Part shown: in pieces, positions 10,101 through 18,839 of the stretch
Position numbering within the stretch: the first letter of the stretch is position 1
Layout of the letters: every line of letters begins with the position of its first letter
Source: an uncultured archaeon
GTDB taxonomy: Archaea > Iainarchaeota > Iainarchaeia > Iainarchaeales > Iainarchaeaceae
Length of the DNA stretch: 32,000 bases
Reading direction: 5' to 3'
Assembly (NCBI GenBank): GCA_964577555.1
Contig: CAZNZM010000006.1
Coordinates: 2,979-34,978, forward strand
The notes under the pieces: generated by a model
Seen by the model: the letters and a program-made list of their open reading frames with translations, nothing else
Told to the model about the DNA's origin: nothing
Databases searched by the model: none
Program-made: the position numbers and the translations under genes

Positions 10101-11631
10101 GAGCGATTCTTCAAACCCTGTTACAGAAGTCGCAGAAAACCTTGGAAATGAACTTGACAATTTAGTAGGCAATGCAAAGGACAATGATTTAGTTCAAGCA
10201 AACCTGAAATTGCAGGGTATGAGTTCAGGTCAATTATTTTCTAGGGAACTTTTTTATGTTTGGTGTGGCGAAGGATGTGAAATAGGAGCCGCAACTTATA
10301 AACAACAAGGCTCTGAAAAAGTTGCAGGAGTTAATGGAAGCGAAGTAGGAATAGACTTTGCAAAAGGCGAAATAAATGAAAACGGAAATAAACCCATAGT
10401 TTCAAGCCCTGACAATGTAAGACTAATCAATACCAACCTCAACATACCTGCAATTGAAATACCTTACACAGTAACTGAGGCTTGCCTCAAAAATACAAAC
10501 AACATAGTTTTTGAAATTAGTGCACAAGGCAATGTAAAGGTGCTTGACAAGGAATTATTGGATTGCCTGCAAAAAGGAGTGCTTGATCAAACAGGATTAA
10601 ATTTTACTTCAGACATTCTTAATGATGTTTTCGGCAACCTTGATGTGATTGTTACTGACACTTATCCAAACATCAAACCTTTTGACGATAGAATAATAGC
10701 AGAAGGAGTGCCAAGAAAAGTTGTTGAAGGAAAAAACACAAAAATTACGATATCTGCTAATAAAGATGTTAATCTGAATACTATTTCTGGAAGCCCCATT
10801 TTTGTAGGAAAACTCCAAAGTTTGCATTTTGCCAACGGTTCAATTGTTGTAAAACCCAATGGATGTTTCCTTACATGGTTAAAGCACCATGAAAATGCAA
10901 TACTTAACAAGGATGATGTTACAGGGCTTTCCACAAAACTTAAAAGGGAAATGAACGAAGAAACAGGCTGTGAAGATCCAGTAATAGATTTCAAAGTTCT
11001 TGCAGACCCAAATTCAGATTTAAAAATTGCAAAAGTTGACAGCTTTAATAAAGCCTTGGAAAAAGTCGGACCTTTCACTGTTTTTGAAACGCCAACAAAG
11101 AGATACATTATTTCCGCAGAAAAAGGACCTGATGGAAAATGCAGAGATCATTTGCGCGTTATAGATAAAGAAACAGGAAAAGTAACAGATTATGTAGGCG
11201 AAATAGCACAAACACCAAACGGGCTCACCATAAAAACCGATGACGGCCAAACCCACACAATAGAATTCGGAGAAAAAGACGGAGCCCCGACAATTTCGTT
11301 TGATAAAGGAAAACCAGAAAATCTTATTTCCGCACAAGGAAAAAACGGCTCTTTCTATTACGACCCAGAAAAAGGATTATGGTTCGCCGAAAACGCCCAA
11401 TTATTGCCTTTGATTGAAGCATTCCGCGAAGGAATAGCAGCCAAAGTAGCGCCAAACGGCGAAGTCACGGCTACTGCACAAGGCAACGTGCTAAACGTTG
11501 ATTTAGGCAAAAAAGACCAACAACTTTTGGATTTGCCATCGCTTCCAGAAGCAAAATACTTGATACTAATAATATTCTTGGCTCTAATCGCAACATTTTA
11601 TGTTTCTTCCACAAAAAACAAAAAACCCTGA
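7108..11631 (+). CDS. Giant secreted/surface protein (1507 aa) with signal peptide, internal TM segments and C-terminal TM anchor
   Basis: N-terminal MNRKTAFSILFVYLFVFPLIGEPVIA; C-terminal AKYLILIIFLALIATFYVSSTKNKKP; continuous ORF. Confidence 0.9.
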   Translation: MNRKTAFSILFVYLFVFPLIGEPVIANSYNMPGKNGFVAQFAEPSEVPIGPACFSKVLSPQEAQNVIDLLKSGYTGKEIKGNTLPDDDRKSLDKDKIVVQDPNNEEKAVKVSVPNKKFKPEEASPFLNNILKGPFALGVVLEDSLRAGVCKDPDLPACSLTNKNLKYRNSGSGIIADLKPMKEAIGEIYSKWFSGEKDINGLTKVENEAIREAMREATDETQVKSAKRLETILIPNSILSDWFEAKMQKNCMNDACVISTYSLFDKYFNSWMSSEMVVSTFGPSLLYQTRKLFNWTGARGYFSGVREKYQELLDQIRVKLIQPEQHLYKSLVKKINTKLDKYPGWRDWWLKTIGGNPDGTGYYIFKTEAFQHWWGEVSKSGGFLSHIKTLEQKAEFVRMLKDMRALMRAGLADVKAARQEYAKAYDAARKSGIEYPLQDPFVREKYLNYGRKMITYMNDYYDEGLGADYIEWIARYNYVALFDKGVRFYAPDGSSEIIDLFRDHRNLRQILLKLRNDGTFKDFEKYIDKYSSIFETRGDNLVLYTFDPNQISSSQGLSWSNIKAAAPSGTRKRVFIRDDTGRAIPYNSSSATFIQNRLSTNAQVLEGNWKEYGELSPIDMISRIDNARTGTNANLAFGVYNIEQMLTSLKSRNWVSRRYWNALDKLFAQEEELVRSYFTFKGGARLTALPFAYWWAKKGFGEEGLSMYMLPDTWHDLKFSIGEHPIYHYAYIDFFANEGSDQGDLFIQVLNKLPWKLVLDELSEKYNPIKNLYDALTKNELRSETENLAFYLTGDDECVDCTMVVKSQNMNDFRPFFFAGNRKIDSYIIEDTVTEKARNKGQTLIAFASHTNLIGKSGGKEGEPIDLVKTIEGKTKEKTCKEAVENLEFAGVKFGRIYNAITPDFKNKSSGIGFMLGGLESITYGAFFWAGIFSTIAIQVAVAPQLSGCVDAEQGYYAHYFAPVKETKNKQSNSVEKSTEKVSKLVKDFKEKFVDSFKSDSSNPVTEVAENLGNELDNLVGNAKDNDLVQANLKLQGMSSGQLFSRELFYVWCGEGCEIGAATYKQQGSEKVAGVNGSEVGIDFAKGEINENGNKPIVSSPDNVRLINTNLNIPAIEIPYTVTEACLKNTNNIVFEISAQGNVKVLDKELLDCLQKGVLDQTGLNFTSDILNDVFGNLDVIVTDTYPNIKPFDDRIIAEGVPRKVVEGKNTKITISANKDVNLNTISGSPIFVGKLQSLHFANGSIVVKPNGCFLTWLKHHENAILNKDDVTGLSTKLKREMNEETGCEDPVIDFKVLADPNSDLKIAKVDSFNKALEKVGPFTVFETPTKRYIISAEKGPDGKCRDHLRVIDKETGKVTDYVGEIAQTPNGLTIKTDDGQTHTIEFGEKDGAPTISFDKGKPENLISAQGKNGSFYYDPEKGLWFAENAQLLPLIEAFREGIAAKVAPNGEVTATAQGNVLNVDLGKKDQQLLDLPSLPEAKYLILIIFLALIATFYVSSTKNKKP

Positions 11632-11765
11632 ATAAATTAAAAAACAAACTATTGTTATAAGACTTTAATTAAAAAAATTTACCTTAATTGCCTAAAAGTT
11701 ACTTCCAGAAAGCTTTAGAGTTGTTAATAATTGTTTATTAAAAAGTATTTCATTAATAATTAATT

Positions 11766-12470
11766 ATGCATTCTGGAGGTCATGGAAAAAAGCTTCCAAC
11801 TAGTGCTCCCAAAATTTTTTTCGAAGAAATTGGCCACGAGGTTGGGCATTTTGTTAAGGGTAGTTTGAATCTGTTTGGAAAATTATTTAATCCATTTGGG
11901 GTAGTTGTTTCAACTTTAAATGCAATAAAGGCAGCGAGATGCAACCAAGAAATAAACAACTATTTTGAAAGAATTGAAAGAAAAAGTGGATCTAGCATAT
12001 CAGTTAAAAAAGCTACAGGAATATTTTCTCACCCTCAATTTAAGGAAATGCTTACCCCATCAACTAATACCCATTTAGAGATTGAAAGATCTCATCAATA
12101 CTTGTTAATATTGCAAAGTATAATAGAAAAAAAACCGCAATTTGCACAAAAAATTGAAGAAATTATTCCAAAACAACAAAGAGAAGCAGTATTAGGGTTT
12201 TATACCGATAGAAGAAATTTAATGGATAAAAAGAGAGAACTTGATAATTTTGAATATCAGCTTTGGCAAAAAACAAGAGCTCATAAAGAAATTAGCCATG
12301 AAGAAGAACACCATTTTTCAAGACTTGTTACAGAATTTTATGAACTTCAAAAAAAATTTCTTAGCCATTTTTCTTACCCGCAAGATTCTTTAATTGTTTC
12401 AGGCTTTGGTGCATTGCAAACAAGAAAAAATCAGCTTGATAAAATAATCCAAGAAAGTTCAAAGCACTAA
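11766..12470 (+). CDS. Hypothetical protein (234 aa), unknown function
   Basis: Continuous ORF with TATA-like TTTATTAAAAAG about 25-30 nt upstream. Confidence 0.7.
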   Translation: MHSGGHGKKLPTSAPKIFFEEIGHEVGHFVKGSLNLFGKLFNPFGVVVSTLNAIKAARCNQEINNYFERIERKSGSSISVKKATGIFSHPQFKEMLTPSTNTHLEIERSHQYLLILQSIIEKKPQFAQKIEEIIPKQQREAVLGFYTDRRNLMDKKRELDNFEYQLWQKTRAHKEISHEEEHHFSRLVTEFYELQKKFLSHFSYPQDSLIVSGFGALQTRKNQLDKIIQESSKH

Positions 12471-12606
12471 CACTTAGAATTTTTTTGTGTTGAATAATTA
12501 TTTTAAGAATAAAATTTTGTATTTTGTAAAAAGAATTTCTAAAATAGTTTTTTTGTTTGTTTATTATTTTGTTAAAAAATTTGATTAATCAGCCAATTGC
12601 CAATAA

Positions 12607-13488
12607 TTATATTGGGCCTAATTCTTCCACATCTTCTATGCAACTTTGCGCTTCTTTTCCAGCTTTGTAGCACAATTGTTTGTTTCCAGTGTTGTAGGCT
12701 ATCCATGCTATACAATTGTCTCTTGTTTCAACCAGATTTTCACAAATTTCAGGATTATTTGTTGTCAACGCGATTTCGAAAAAACAATTTTCTTTTATTT
12801 GTGGAATTCTTACTTTATTACACAATGAAGGTGAATTTGTGTCGGTTGCAACAGAATAATAACAATAATTGTCTAAGGTCATTATATTTTGGCACAATTC
12901 AGAATTATTGTCAAATATTGCTTGTACACAAAGCCTTCTGTCATCGCCTTCAGCACAATTATTGGGGTTTTTCGTTTTATATGCTTCATAACATTGCCTT
13001 ACTTCATAATCCCCCCAACTGCAAAGACTTGCATCGCCGCTATTTATTGCTACATCAATATAGCATTGTGAAACTCCAAATTTTACGTTTTCACAATACG
13101 ATTTTTCCCCTGTTAATTGGGCTATACGCATAAAACAATCACTTCTGTCAGTAATGTCATTTATACTGGAACACCCGGCAGGGTCTCCACTTATTGCAGC
13201 ATATGTCAAATAACAATTGTCCCTTGTTTCAATTGACTTTGCAAGGCAATCCGAGAGTTTTATGGGAATAAAATAATTGAAGTCTTTTGGTTTTTCGTTT
13301 CTGATTTGGGCTAAAGGCGCTTCATCCATTAAATATTCTTCCAAAGGATATTCGTCCCCGTTAACTTTTACGGTTTTTTCATAAGAAGGAATAGGATTTA
13401 CTTTTGGCTGGTTTATAAAAAAAATTATTCCCAAAACCAAAACAAGAATTATTGGCACCGCCAGGAAAATCATCAATTGTTTATTCAT
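12607..13488 (-). CDS. Membrane-anchored cysteine-pair repeat protein
   Basis: N-terminal TM (MIFLAVPIILVLVLGIIFFI), then about eight 20-30-aa units of the form (R/x)DxCxxxxAxxxxxxxxCxxI. Confidence 0.85.
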   Translation of the reverse strand: MNKQLMIFLAVPIILVLVLGIIFFINQPKVNPIPSYEKTVKVNGDEYPLEEYLMDEAPLAQIRNEKPKDFNYFIPIKLSDCLAKSIETRDNCYLTYAAISGDPAGCSSINDITDRSDCFMRIAQLTGEKSYCENVKFGVSQCYIDVAINSGDASLCSWGDYEVRQCYEAYKTKNPNNCAEGDDRRLCVQAIFDNNSELCQNIMTLDNYCYYSVATDTNSPSLCNKVRIPQIKENCFFEIALTTNNPEICENLVETRDNCIAWIAYNTGNKQLCYKAGKEAQSCIEDVEELGPI

Positions 13489-13710
13489 GCTATAAAATTG
13501 GATTTTTCGTTTAATAAACTTATTTATTTCAATAAAAATTTCTGTCTAATTTATTATGACTCTTTCTTTTAGAATTGGATTTTAAATCATGTTTGATTGA
13601 CTGATTTGTCAAATAACAGCTCCAAAATTGTTTTTTTTCAGTTGCAAATAAAATAATCTTTTTTAATGTCCTGTTTTTTTTTGCTTTGAATGAAACGCAA
13701 AATATGATTT

Positions 13711-14454
13711 TTATGTTATAACCGGCGCTTTGTTTTCAAACTTTTCAGCGTTGTCCTTTGTTTGCTGCAATCTTTGTAATTGCTCTAAAAACTGCTTCTC
13801 AACTTCGCGCGCTTCATCAATCAAAGGTTGCACATCCAATTCCAAACCAAGTATTTCATTAAGCTTTTTCAAAACTTCCGCCGCAGCCTTGTAATCCGCA
13901 GAAAGATTTACATTTGCAAGTATTGAAATTGCTTTTATGTTATATTTTCTCAATTCAAGCAGTATAAGTGCGGTTATTCCTGTTGTTACACCTTCGCTTA
14001 TTTCATTTAACCCATATTTTTTAAGCAGTGGTTTTGAAAGTTCGTTTGCTGCAATTCCATATATGATATGGCTTTTCGGAGTGTCGCCATGGGCGTTGAC
14101 CCCTGACAAAGAAATAAGTTCCACTATTCCTTTTTCTTTTATCCAATCAGCTGTTTTTTTTGCCATTACATAAGTGCCTTCTTTTGGCAACACTTGCTCA
14201 GAAATCAATACTGCTATTTTCTTTTTTTTATCCGCATAAATTCTGGCTGGTCTTACAGGCATGCTGTCCTGTACCCTTATAATAGGAGAAAATAAATTTG
14301 AATCAATATATCCAACTTCCTCAAATTTTTTCTTTTCCACGAGGTACTTTGCGGCGATAGTTCCAACTAAACCCATTCCTGGAAAACCTTCAATCAAAAC
14401 ATAATCTTTAAAATTATTCTTTTTGTACTCTACAAAGTTTGCTTCAATCTTCAT
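13711..14454 (-). CDS. PAC2 family (proteasome assembly chaperone-like) protein
   Basis: VLIEGFPGMGLVGTIAAKYLVEKK ... LSGVNAHGDTPKSHIIYGIAANELSKPLLKKYGL ... EGVTTGITALILLEL is characteristic of archaeal PAC2/COG2047-type proteins. Confidence 0.85.
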   Translation of the reverse strand: MKIEANFVEYKKNNFKDYVLIEGFPGMGLVGTIAAKYLVEKKKFEEVGYIDSNLFSPIIRVQDSMPVRPARIYADKKKKIAVLISEQVLPKEGTYVMAKKTADWIKEKGIVELISLSGVNAHGDTPKSHIIYGIAANELSKPLLKKYGLNEISEGVTTGITALILLELRKYNIKAISILANVNLSADYKAAAEVLKKLNEILGLELDVQPLIDEAREVEKQFLEQLQRLQQTKDNAEKFENKAPVIT

Positions 14455-14485
14455 AAAAAATCTTTTTTACATTTAGGTGGTTAAA

Positions 14486-14496
14486 ACTTATATACT
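14486..14496 (-). promoter_or_regulatory. TATA box for the PAC2 family gene (minus strand)
   Basis: aacttatatac on + strand (GTATATAAGTT on -), about 32-42 nt upstream of the CAT at 14452-14454. Confidence 0.5.
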
Positions 14497-14545
14497 TTTC
14501 CACGATGTTTTTGCTTTTGCCGAAATTTTTTTTGAGCGAAAATAA

Positions 14546-14553
14546 TTTATATT
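14546..14553 (+). promoter_or_regulatory. TATA box for the MscS-like gene
   Basis: aataatttatatttgttaaa, about 30-37 nt upstream of ATG 14583. Confidence 0.5.
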
Positions 14554-14582
14554 TGTTAAACCCATTATTCAGTCCGATAAAT

Positions 14583-15242
14583 ATGGTTGATATAACTACG
14601 GCATTACAACAAACAGTATTAGATCCAATAGTCCAGTCTGTGAATTCGTTTATTTTGGCGATTCCCAGTCTGCTTGCGGCCATACTCATAATTATTTTAG
14701 GGTATTTGGTCGGAAAAATAATCGGCAAATTTGTTCAACAAGTTCTTGAAACAGCCAAGTTGGACGAGATGGTTGAAAAATTTTCAAAATCCCATCCTCT
14801 TGGCAAAGTAACCATTGCAGAACTTTGCGGCAAATTGGTTATGTGGTACATAGTCATAGCTTTTGTCGCAAATGCAGCTGAGGTAGTTCAGCTTGGTGTT
14901 ATTGCAAGGCTTCTTTTGGAGTTCTCTTTATGGGCTCCGCATCTCATAGCTGCAATAATAATAATGGCAATAGGTTTGTTCGTTTCAGAACTTGCAAAAA
15001 AAGAAGTGAGTTCTTTCAAAGCTGAAAGCTCTAAACTCCTTGGCTTAGGAGCAAAATATTTTGTAATAATTTATTTTGCTGTTTTAGCTCTTGGAGAATT
15101 GGGGCTTAATGTGACTTTTGCCCAAAACACAATTCTTGTTGTTATTGCAGGCGTAATGCTTACGTTTGCAATCGGGTTTGGCTTGGCTTTGAAAGATCAC
15201 GCTGAAGAAATATTTGCCGAAATAAAAAAAGCAATGAAATGA
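14583..15242 (+). CDS. Conserved TM-helix / MscS-like membrane protein
   Basis: SLLAAILIIILGYLVGKIIGKFVQQVLE ... ILVVIAGVMLTFAIGFGLALKDHAEEIFAEI. The 14505 start lies upstream of the TATA box, so ATG 14583 is preferred. Confidence 0.8.
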   Translation: MVDITTALQQTVLDPIVQSVNSFILAIPSLLAAILIIILGYLVGKIIGKFVQQVLETAKLDEMVEKFSKSHPLGKVTIAELCGKLVMWYIVIAFVANAAEVVQLGVIARLLLEFSLWAPHLIAAIIIMAIGLFVSELAKKEVSSFKAESSKLLGLGAKYFVIIYFAVLALGELGLNVTFAQNTILVVIAGVMLTFAIGFGLALKDHAEEIFAEIKKAMK

Positions 15243-15267
15243 AAACCTTTAACATGGTTTTAATTTT

Positions 15268-15300
15268 AAGGGGGGCACCCCTTACTTTTTCTTTTTTTTT
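15268..15300 (+). terminator. Intrinsic-terminator-like hairpin plus T tract
   Basis: AAGGGG-GGCA-CCCCTT perfect 6-bp stem (15268-15283) followed by actttttctttttttttt, just after the stop at 15242 and between convergent genes. Confidence 0.6.
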
Positions 15301-15403
15301 GTCTTTTGCTCTTTTTTTATTTCTTTTGTTCCATATAGCTTTTTTTTGAGCCAATTTTTTTTTAATAGTTTTTTAATTTGAATTAAATTTGTTTTTTGAT
15401 TTT

Positions 15404-16228
15404 TTAGAACCCTTTTATAAAAAAATAAACAATAAAACCTGCTATTAAAAGAATAATCGCATATAAAAATGATTTTTTTGGCCTGCTCTCCTGAAAGCCT
15501 AAAAAAATTGAAGATATAATGGCAAACTCCGCTATGTAAATAATGCTTCCAATTTCTGCAGCATTCAGAAGTTCTTTTCTTGTAACTTCGTTTGCTCCTA
15601 TTCCCAATTCATTTATTCCTGAAAAATCCATTTTGAAAACCATGCTTGTAACCATTGCAAACACAAACGGAACTATTATGCATGATGCTATTATTGTGTA
15701 TTTTTGTAGCGACATTGCAGCCATTCTTTCCCTTGTTATTGAATTTGTTTCAATGAAATCCTCGGCTGTTTCCCTGAATGCTTTGCTCATATCCGCGCCA
15801 GATTTTATTGAATTTATTATCATTCCAATAGACCTTGAAAGCCCTTTTGAAGAATTTCTTTCAGAAATTTTTTCTAGTGCTTCTTCAGGCGGCATTCCTA
15901 ATTCAATTCTGTTTTTCGCCAGATTGAATTCTTTTTTTAATGGGCCATTAGAGTTGTTTGATATAAAATCAACTAGTTTGTCTATTCTTGCATTGTCAGG
16001 AATTGAAGATGCAAGAAGCAACATGTCTGGAATTTCATCTTCTATTTGTCTTTGTCTTTCTTCCTCAGCCAATTGAAACTTCAGATGCTTTAATGCCAAT
16101 GGAATAAATAATGCAATTATTGAAAGCATGATTATTTTTTCGCTTTTAAATATTTCAATCCCGATAATTAAGAATGCTATTGAAAATAAAACACCAGAAA
16201 TAATTTCGTCCTTGCTTGTTTTGAACAT
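15404..16228 (-). CDS. Type II secretion system F / TadC-like membrane protein
   Basis: EDEIPDMLLLASSIPDNARIDKLVDFI...GMPPEEALEKISERNSSKGLSRSIGMIINSIKSGADMSKAFRETAEDF, C-terminal TM helices: T2SSF-like layout. Confidence 0.85.
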   Translation of the reverse strand: MFKTSKDEIISGVLFSIAFLIIGIEIFKSEKIIMLSIIALFIPLALKHLKFQLAEEERQRQIEDEIPDMLLLASSIPDNARIDKLVDFISNNSNGPLKKEFNLAKNRIELGMPPEEALEKISERNSSKGLSRSIGMIINSIKSGADMSKAFRETAEDFIETNSITRERMAAMSLQKYTIIASCIIVPFVFAMVTSMVFKMDFSGINELGIGANEVTRKELLNAAEIGSIIYIAEFAIISSIFLGFQESRPKKSFLYAIILLIAGFIVYFFIKGF

Positions 16229-16229
16229 T

Positions 16230-16961
16230 TCAATTTCCTCCTAAAGGAGCAATCGATTTTATGTAAAGCAATATTGCGCAGTCAATACAAGGAAATATGA
16301 TGCTTGTCAAAGCCAAAATCATTTTTCCATTTATTGAAAAATCAATGAATGAACTTCCCACTATTATGAATGAAATTGAAAGCGCAGGAACCACTGCCGA
16401 AATTACTATAAATAATAGTGAAAGTGCGGACATTTTTCCAGTGTATTCTTTTATTTCCGCTTTTTTTCTACTTAACAATTCCATTGCAAGTTTTTTTATG
16501 CCGGAACCTTGTTTTTTTCCTCCGTGTTCATAAATTGAAATTACTTGTGCAAAAGCCCTTTTCACAATTTTTGAATTTGATTTTGCGGCAAATTTGGCTA
16601 GCATTTCTTTAAGCGGTTCACCGGACGCTTTTGCGGATGAAATGCAATTTCCAAGCAGTATTGAAAATTTTCCGTATTTTGATTCGGCAAGCCTTTCCAA
16701 AGCTCTGTCCGGCGGAATGCCTATGTTAAGTTCAAGGCTAAGTTGCATAAGTGCAAAAGGAAGTTGTGCTTCAATTTCTGCTGCATCACGCCTTAATTTT
16801 CTTTCAGTTTCTGTAAAAAAGTAAAAGAATGTTGTTGTCATGCAAATTATTCCTATAATTATTGATGTGTAAATATCGTCAAAGAATAATTCGGACGCCA
16901 AAAACCCAATTATAAAAGCCAGAATTGATTTTTTGAAAGAGCTTTCGATTTTCAAATTCAT
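16230..16961 (-). CDS. Type II secretion system F / TadB/TadC-like membrane protein
   Basis: EAQLPFALMQLSLELNIGIPPDRALERLAESKYGKFSILLGNCISSAKASGEPLKEMLAKFA plus flanking TM helices. Confidence 0.85.
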   Translation of the reverse strand: MNLKIESSFKKSILAFIIGFLASELFFDDIYTSIIIGIICMTTTFFYFFTETERKLRRDAAEIEAQLPFALMQLSLELNIGIPPDRALERLAESKYGKFSILLGNCISSAKASGEPLKEMLAKFAAKSNSKIVKRAFAQVISIYEHGGKKQGSGIKKLAMELLSRKKAEIKEYTGKMSALSLLFIVISAVVPALSISFIIVGSSFIDFSINGKMILALTSIIFPCIDCAILLYIKSIAPLGGN

Positions 16962-16967
16962 TTTTTT

Positions 16968-18422
16968 TCAACCTTCATTGTATTGTTGTATTGAATTGAA
17001 GTATTCTTCCCCAGTTTTTCCTCGTAATGTTTCCAAGAATTTGCTTCTTTTTTCAATCTCATTTATTATTTCTTTTTTCGGCATGTTGAAAGAATTTGAT
17101 ATTTTTTCAATCGTTTTTTGTCCAATTGATTTGATTTTGAAAGATTTTTTTTTGAAGTCATAAGAAAAAATTTTTTTTATACAGATTCCATTTTTTGTCA
17201 TTAAAGGCTCCGCTATTTCAATTAGTTTTCTTTGTTCGTAATGTCTTCCTTCTTGGTTAACCGTCCATCTTTTTTGTGTCAACACCAAATCCAATGCTGC
17301 TACATCCATTGGCATTGCCCCTAATTTGATTAACCTTGTTATCGCTTCATTTGCTGATTGTGCATGGAATGTTGAATAAGTTCCTTTTCCTTGCCCGGCA
17401 AGCAAGGAATCTATATAAGCCAGTGTTTCTTTTTTGTCCCTTATTTCCCCTACAATAACCCTGTCTGGTCGCATCCTTAAAGTGTTTGTCACTAGCTCAG
17501 CCATGCCTATTTCTATTCCTTCAGCGGTGTTCATTCTAATACAATGCTGGTGCATGATTGATATTTCCGGTGTTTCTTCAACTATTACAATTCTTTCGTT
17601 TTCCGGAATGAAATTCATTATACTGTTTAACAAAGTTGTTTTTCCAGAACCTGTATTGCCGCACACCATTATTGAGCAATCTGATTGTATTGCAAGCCAA
17701 AGGAAAGCCATTTGTTCAGAGGAAGCGGAGCCAAGCCTTATGATTTCTGTAGGAGTTGGCACGTTTGCCCTGAATTTTCTTATCGTAACAGATGGTCCGG
17801 AATTAGTTATTGGGTTCATGCATGCATTGAGTCTTGAACCGTCTGGAAGGCTGGCATTGATTTTGGGTTTCATAAGAGTCACCCGCCTGCCAAGGCTTGA
17901 ACCAAGCGCATTAACTATGTTTTTGACTTCTTCTTCGCTTGAAAAGTAAATATTGGATTCAAGCCATCCGAAATTCGAGTCAAAGACATAAATTGGTTTG
18001 GCTCTGCCAAGCCCTATGACTGCTATTTCTTCCAGCAACGGATCGCAAAGAAAAACACCAAGTATTCCATGAGAAGAAACCATTTCCGAAAGGCATCTTT
18101 TTAAGTAAATTTTTTGGTTGTCTTCAAGGTCCAGCCATTTTGATTTGCAATATTGTATAAAAAATTCGCTTGCGCCTTTTTCTGCAACAATTTTTCCCGA
18201 ATCCCTGAATACTTGCAATGCCGATTTCAGAAGCCTTGCTTCGTCCAAGCTTAGACAAGGAATTGATTTTTGAATGTAAATAGTTTTTCCGTTTCTAAGC
18301 CTTGTTATGTCCCTTTCTTCAGAAGACGAAACCACTATTTCTATTTCTTCTTCCGCAGGACTGAAGACCCGCCAACCAAGTATTTTCTCTATTTCTGCTG
18401 ATTCAAAATCCGACAAACCCAT
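16968..18422 (-). CDS. Type II/IV secretion system ATPase (TadA/CpaF/VirB11-like)
   Basis: Walker A GNTGSGKTTLLNSIMNFIP, VIVEETPEI, TLRMRPDRVIVGEIRDKKE, GTYSTFHAQSANEAITRL. Confidence 0.95.
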   Translation of the reverse strand: MGLSDFESAEIEKILGWRVFSPAEEEIEIVVSSSEERDITRLRNGKTIYIQKSIPCLSLDEARLLKSALQVFRDSGKIVAEKGASEFFIQYCKSKWLDLEDNQKIYLKRCLSEMVSSHGILGVFLCDPLLEEIAVIGLGRAKPIYVFDSNFGWLESNIYFSSEEEVKNIVNALGSSLGRRVTLMKPKINASLPDGSRLNACMNPITNSGPSVTIRKFRANVPTPTEIIRLGSASSEQMAFLWLAIQSDCSIMVCGNTGSGKTTLLNSIMNFIPENERIVIVEETPEISIMHQHCIRMNTAEGIEIGMAELVTNTLRMRPDRVIVGEIRDKKETLAYIDSLLAGQGKGTYSTFHAQSANEAITRLIKLGAMPMDVAALDLVLTQKRWTVNQEGRHYEQRKLIEIAEPLMTKNGICIKKIFSYDFKKKSFKIKSIGQKTIEKISNSFNMPKKEIINEIEKRSKFLETLRGKTGEEYFNSIQQYNEG

Positions 18423-18470
18423 ACTATTACGTCAATCAACGAAATATTTTTATTTGGTTTGTGCTTTTAG

Positions 18471-18836
18471 TCACCATTTCAATTTATCCCCTATTTTTAT
18501 TTTGTTCCCCAATTTTTTTGGCAATTCAATAAAATATTTGGCTGGTTTTTTTGGAGTATAATTTAAAGTCCATGGTTTTAATGTTGCTTTGTCCACCACT
18601 TTTTTGTTTTCGTCAAGAAAGATAATGTCTATTGGAAAGAAAACAAACAACATATGAACGCTTGCCCTAATCCTTGTTTTGTAGCCAAGTGTAAAAATAA
18701 GTGCATAATCAAAATTTTTTTCACTCTCCAACATTAATCCTTTAAATTTTTCAAAAAAAGTTTTTGCAAACTTGGTCTTTTTGCAAATAATTTTTCCATT
18801 TGCGCCTGAAAATTTTAGAGACATTTCAGCCCTCAA
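18471..18836 (-). CDS. DUF192 family protein
   Basis: KTKFAKTFFEKFKGLMLESE...FTLGYKTRIRASVHMLFVFFPIDIIFLDENKKVVDKATLKPWT...AKYFIELP is the DUF192 pattern. Confidence 0.85.
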   Translation of the reverse strand: MRAEMSLKFSGANGKIICKKTKFAKTFFEKFKGLMLESEKNFDYALIFTLGYKTRIRASVHMLFVFFPIDIIFLDENKKVVDKATLKPWTLNYTPKKPAKYFIELPKKLGNKIKIGDKLKW

Positions 18837-18839
18837 AAA

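Noticed and set aside
12597-13133. 178-aa + strand ORF opposite the cysteine-repeat gene
   Set aside because: Antisense shadow of a periodic Cys-rich gene; the minus-strand ORF has a TM segment and regular repeats.
15404-18422. Interpretation as a conjugation/Tra-type system or phage module
   Set aside because: Only an ATPase and two T2SSF proteins are present; no relaxase, coupling protein, integrase or capsid genes in the window.
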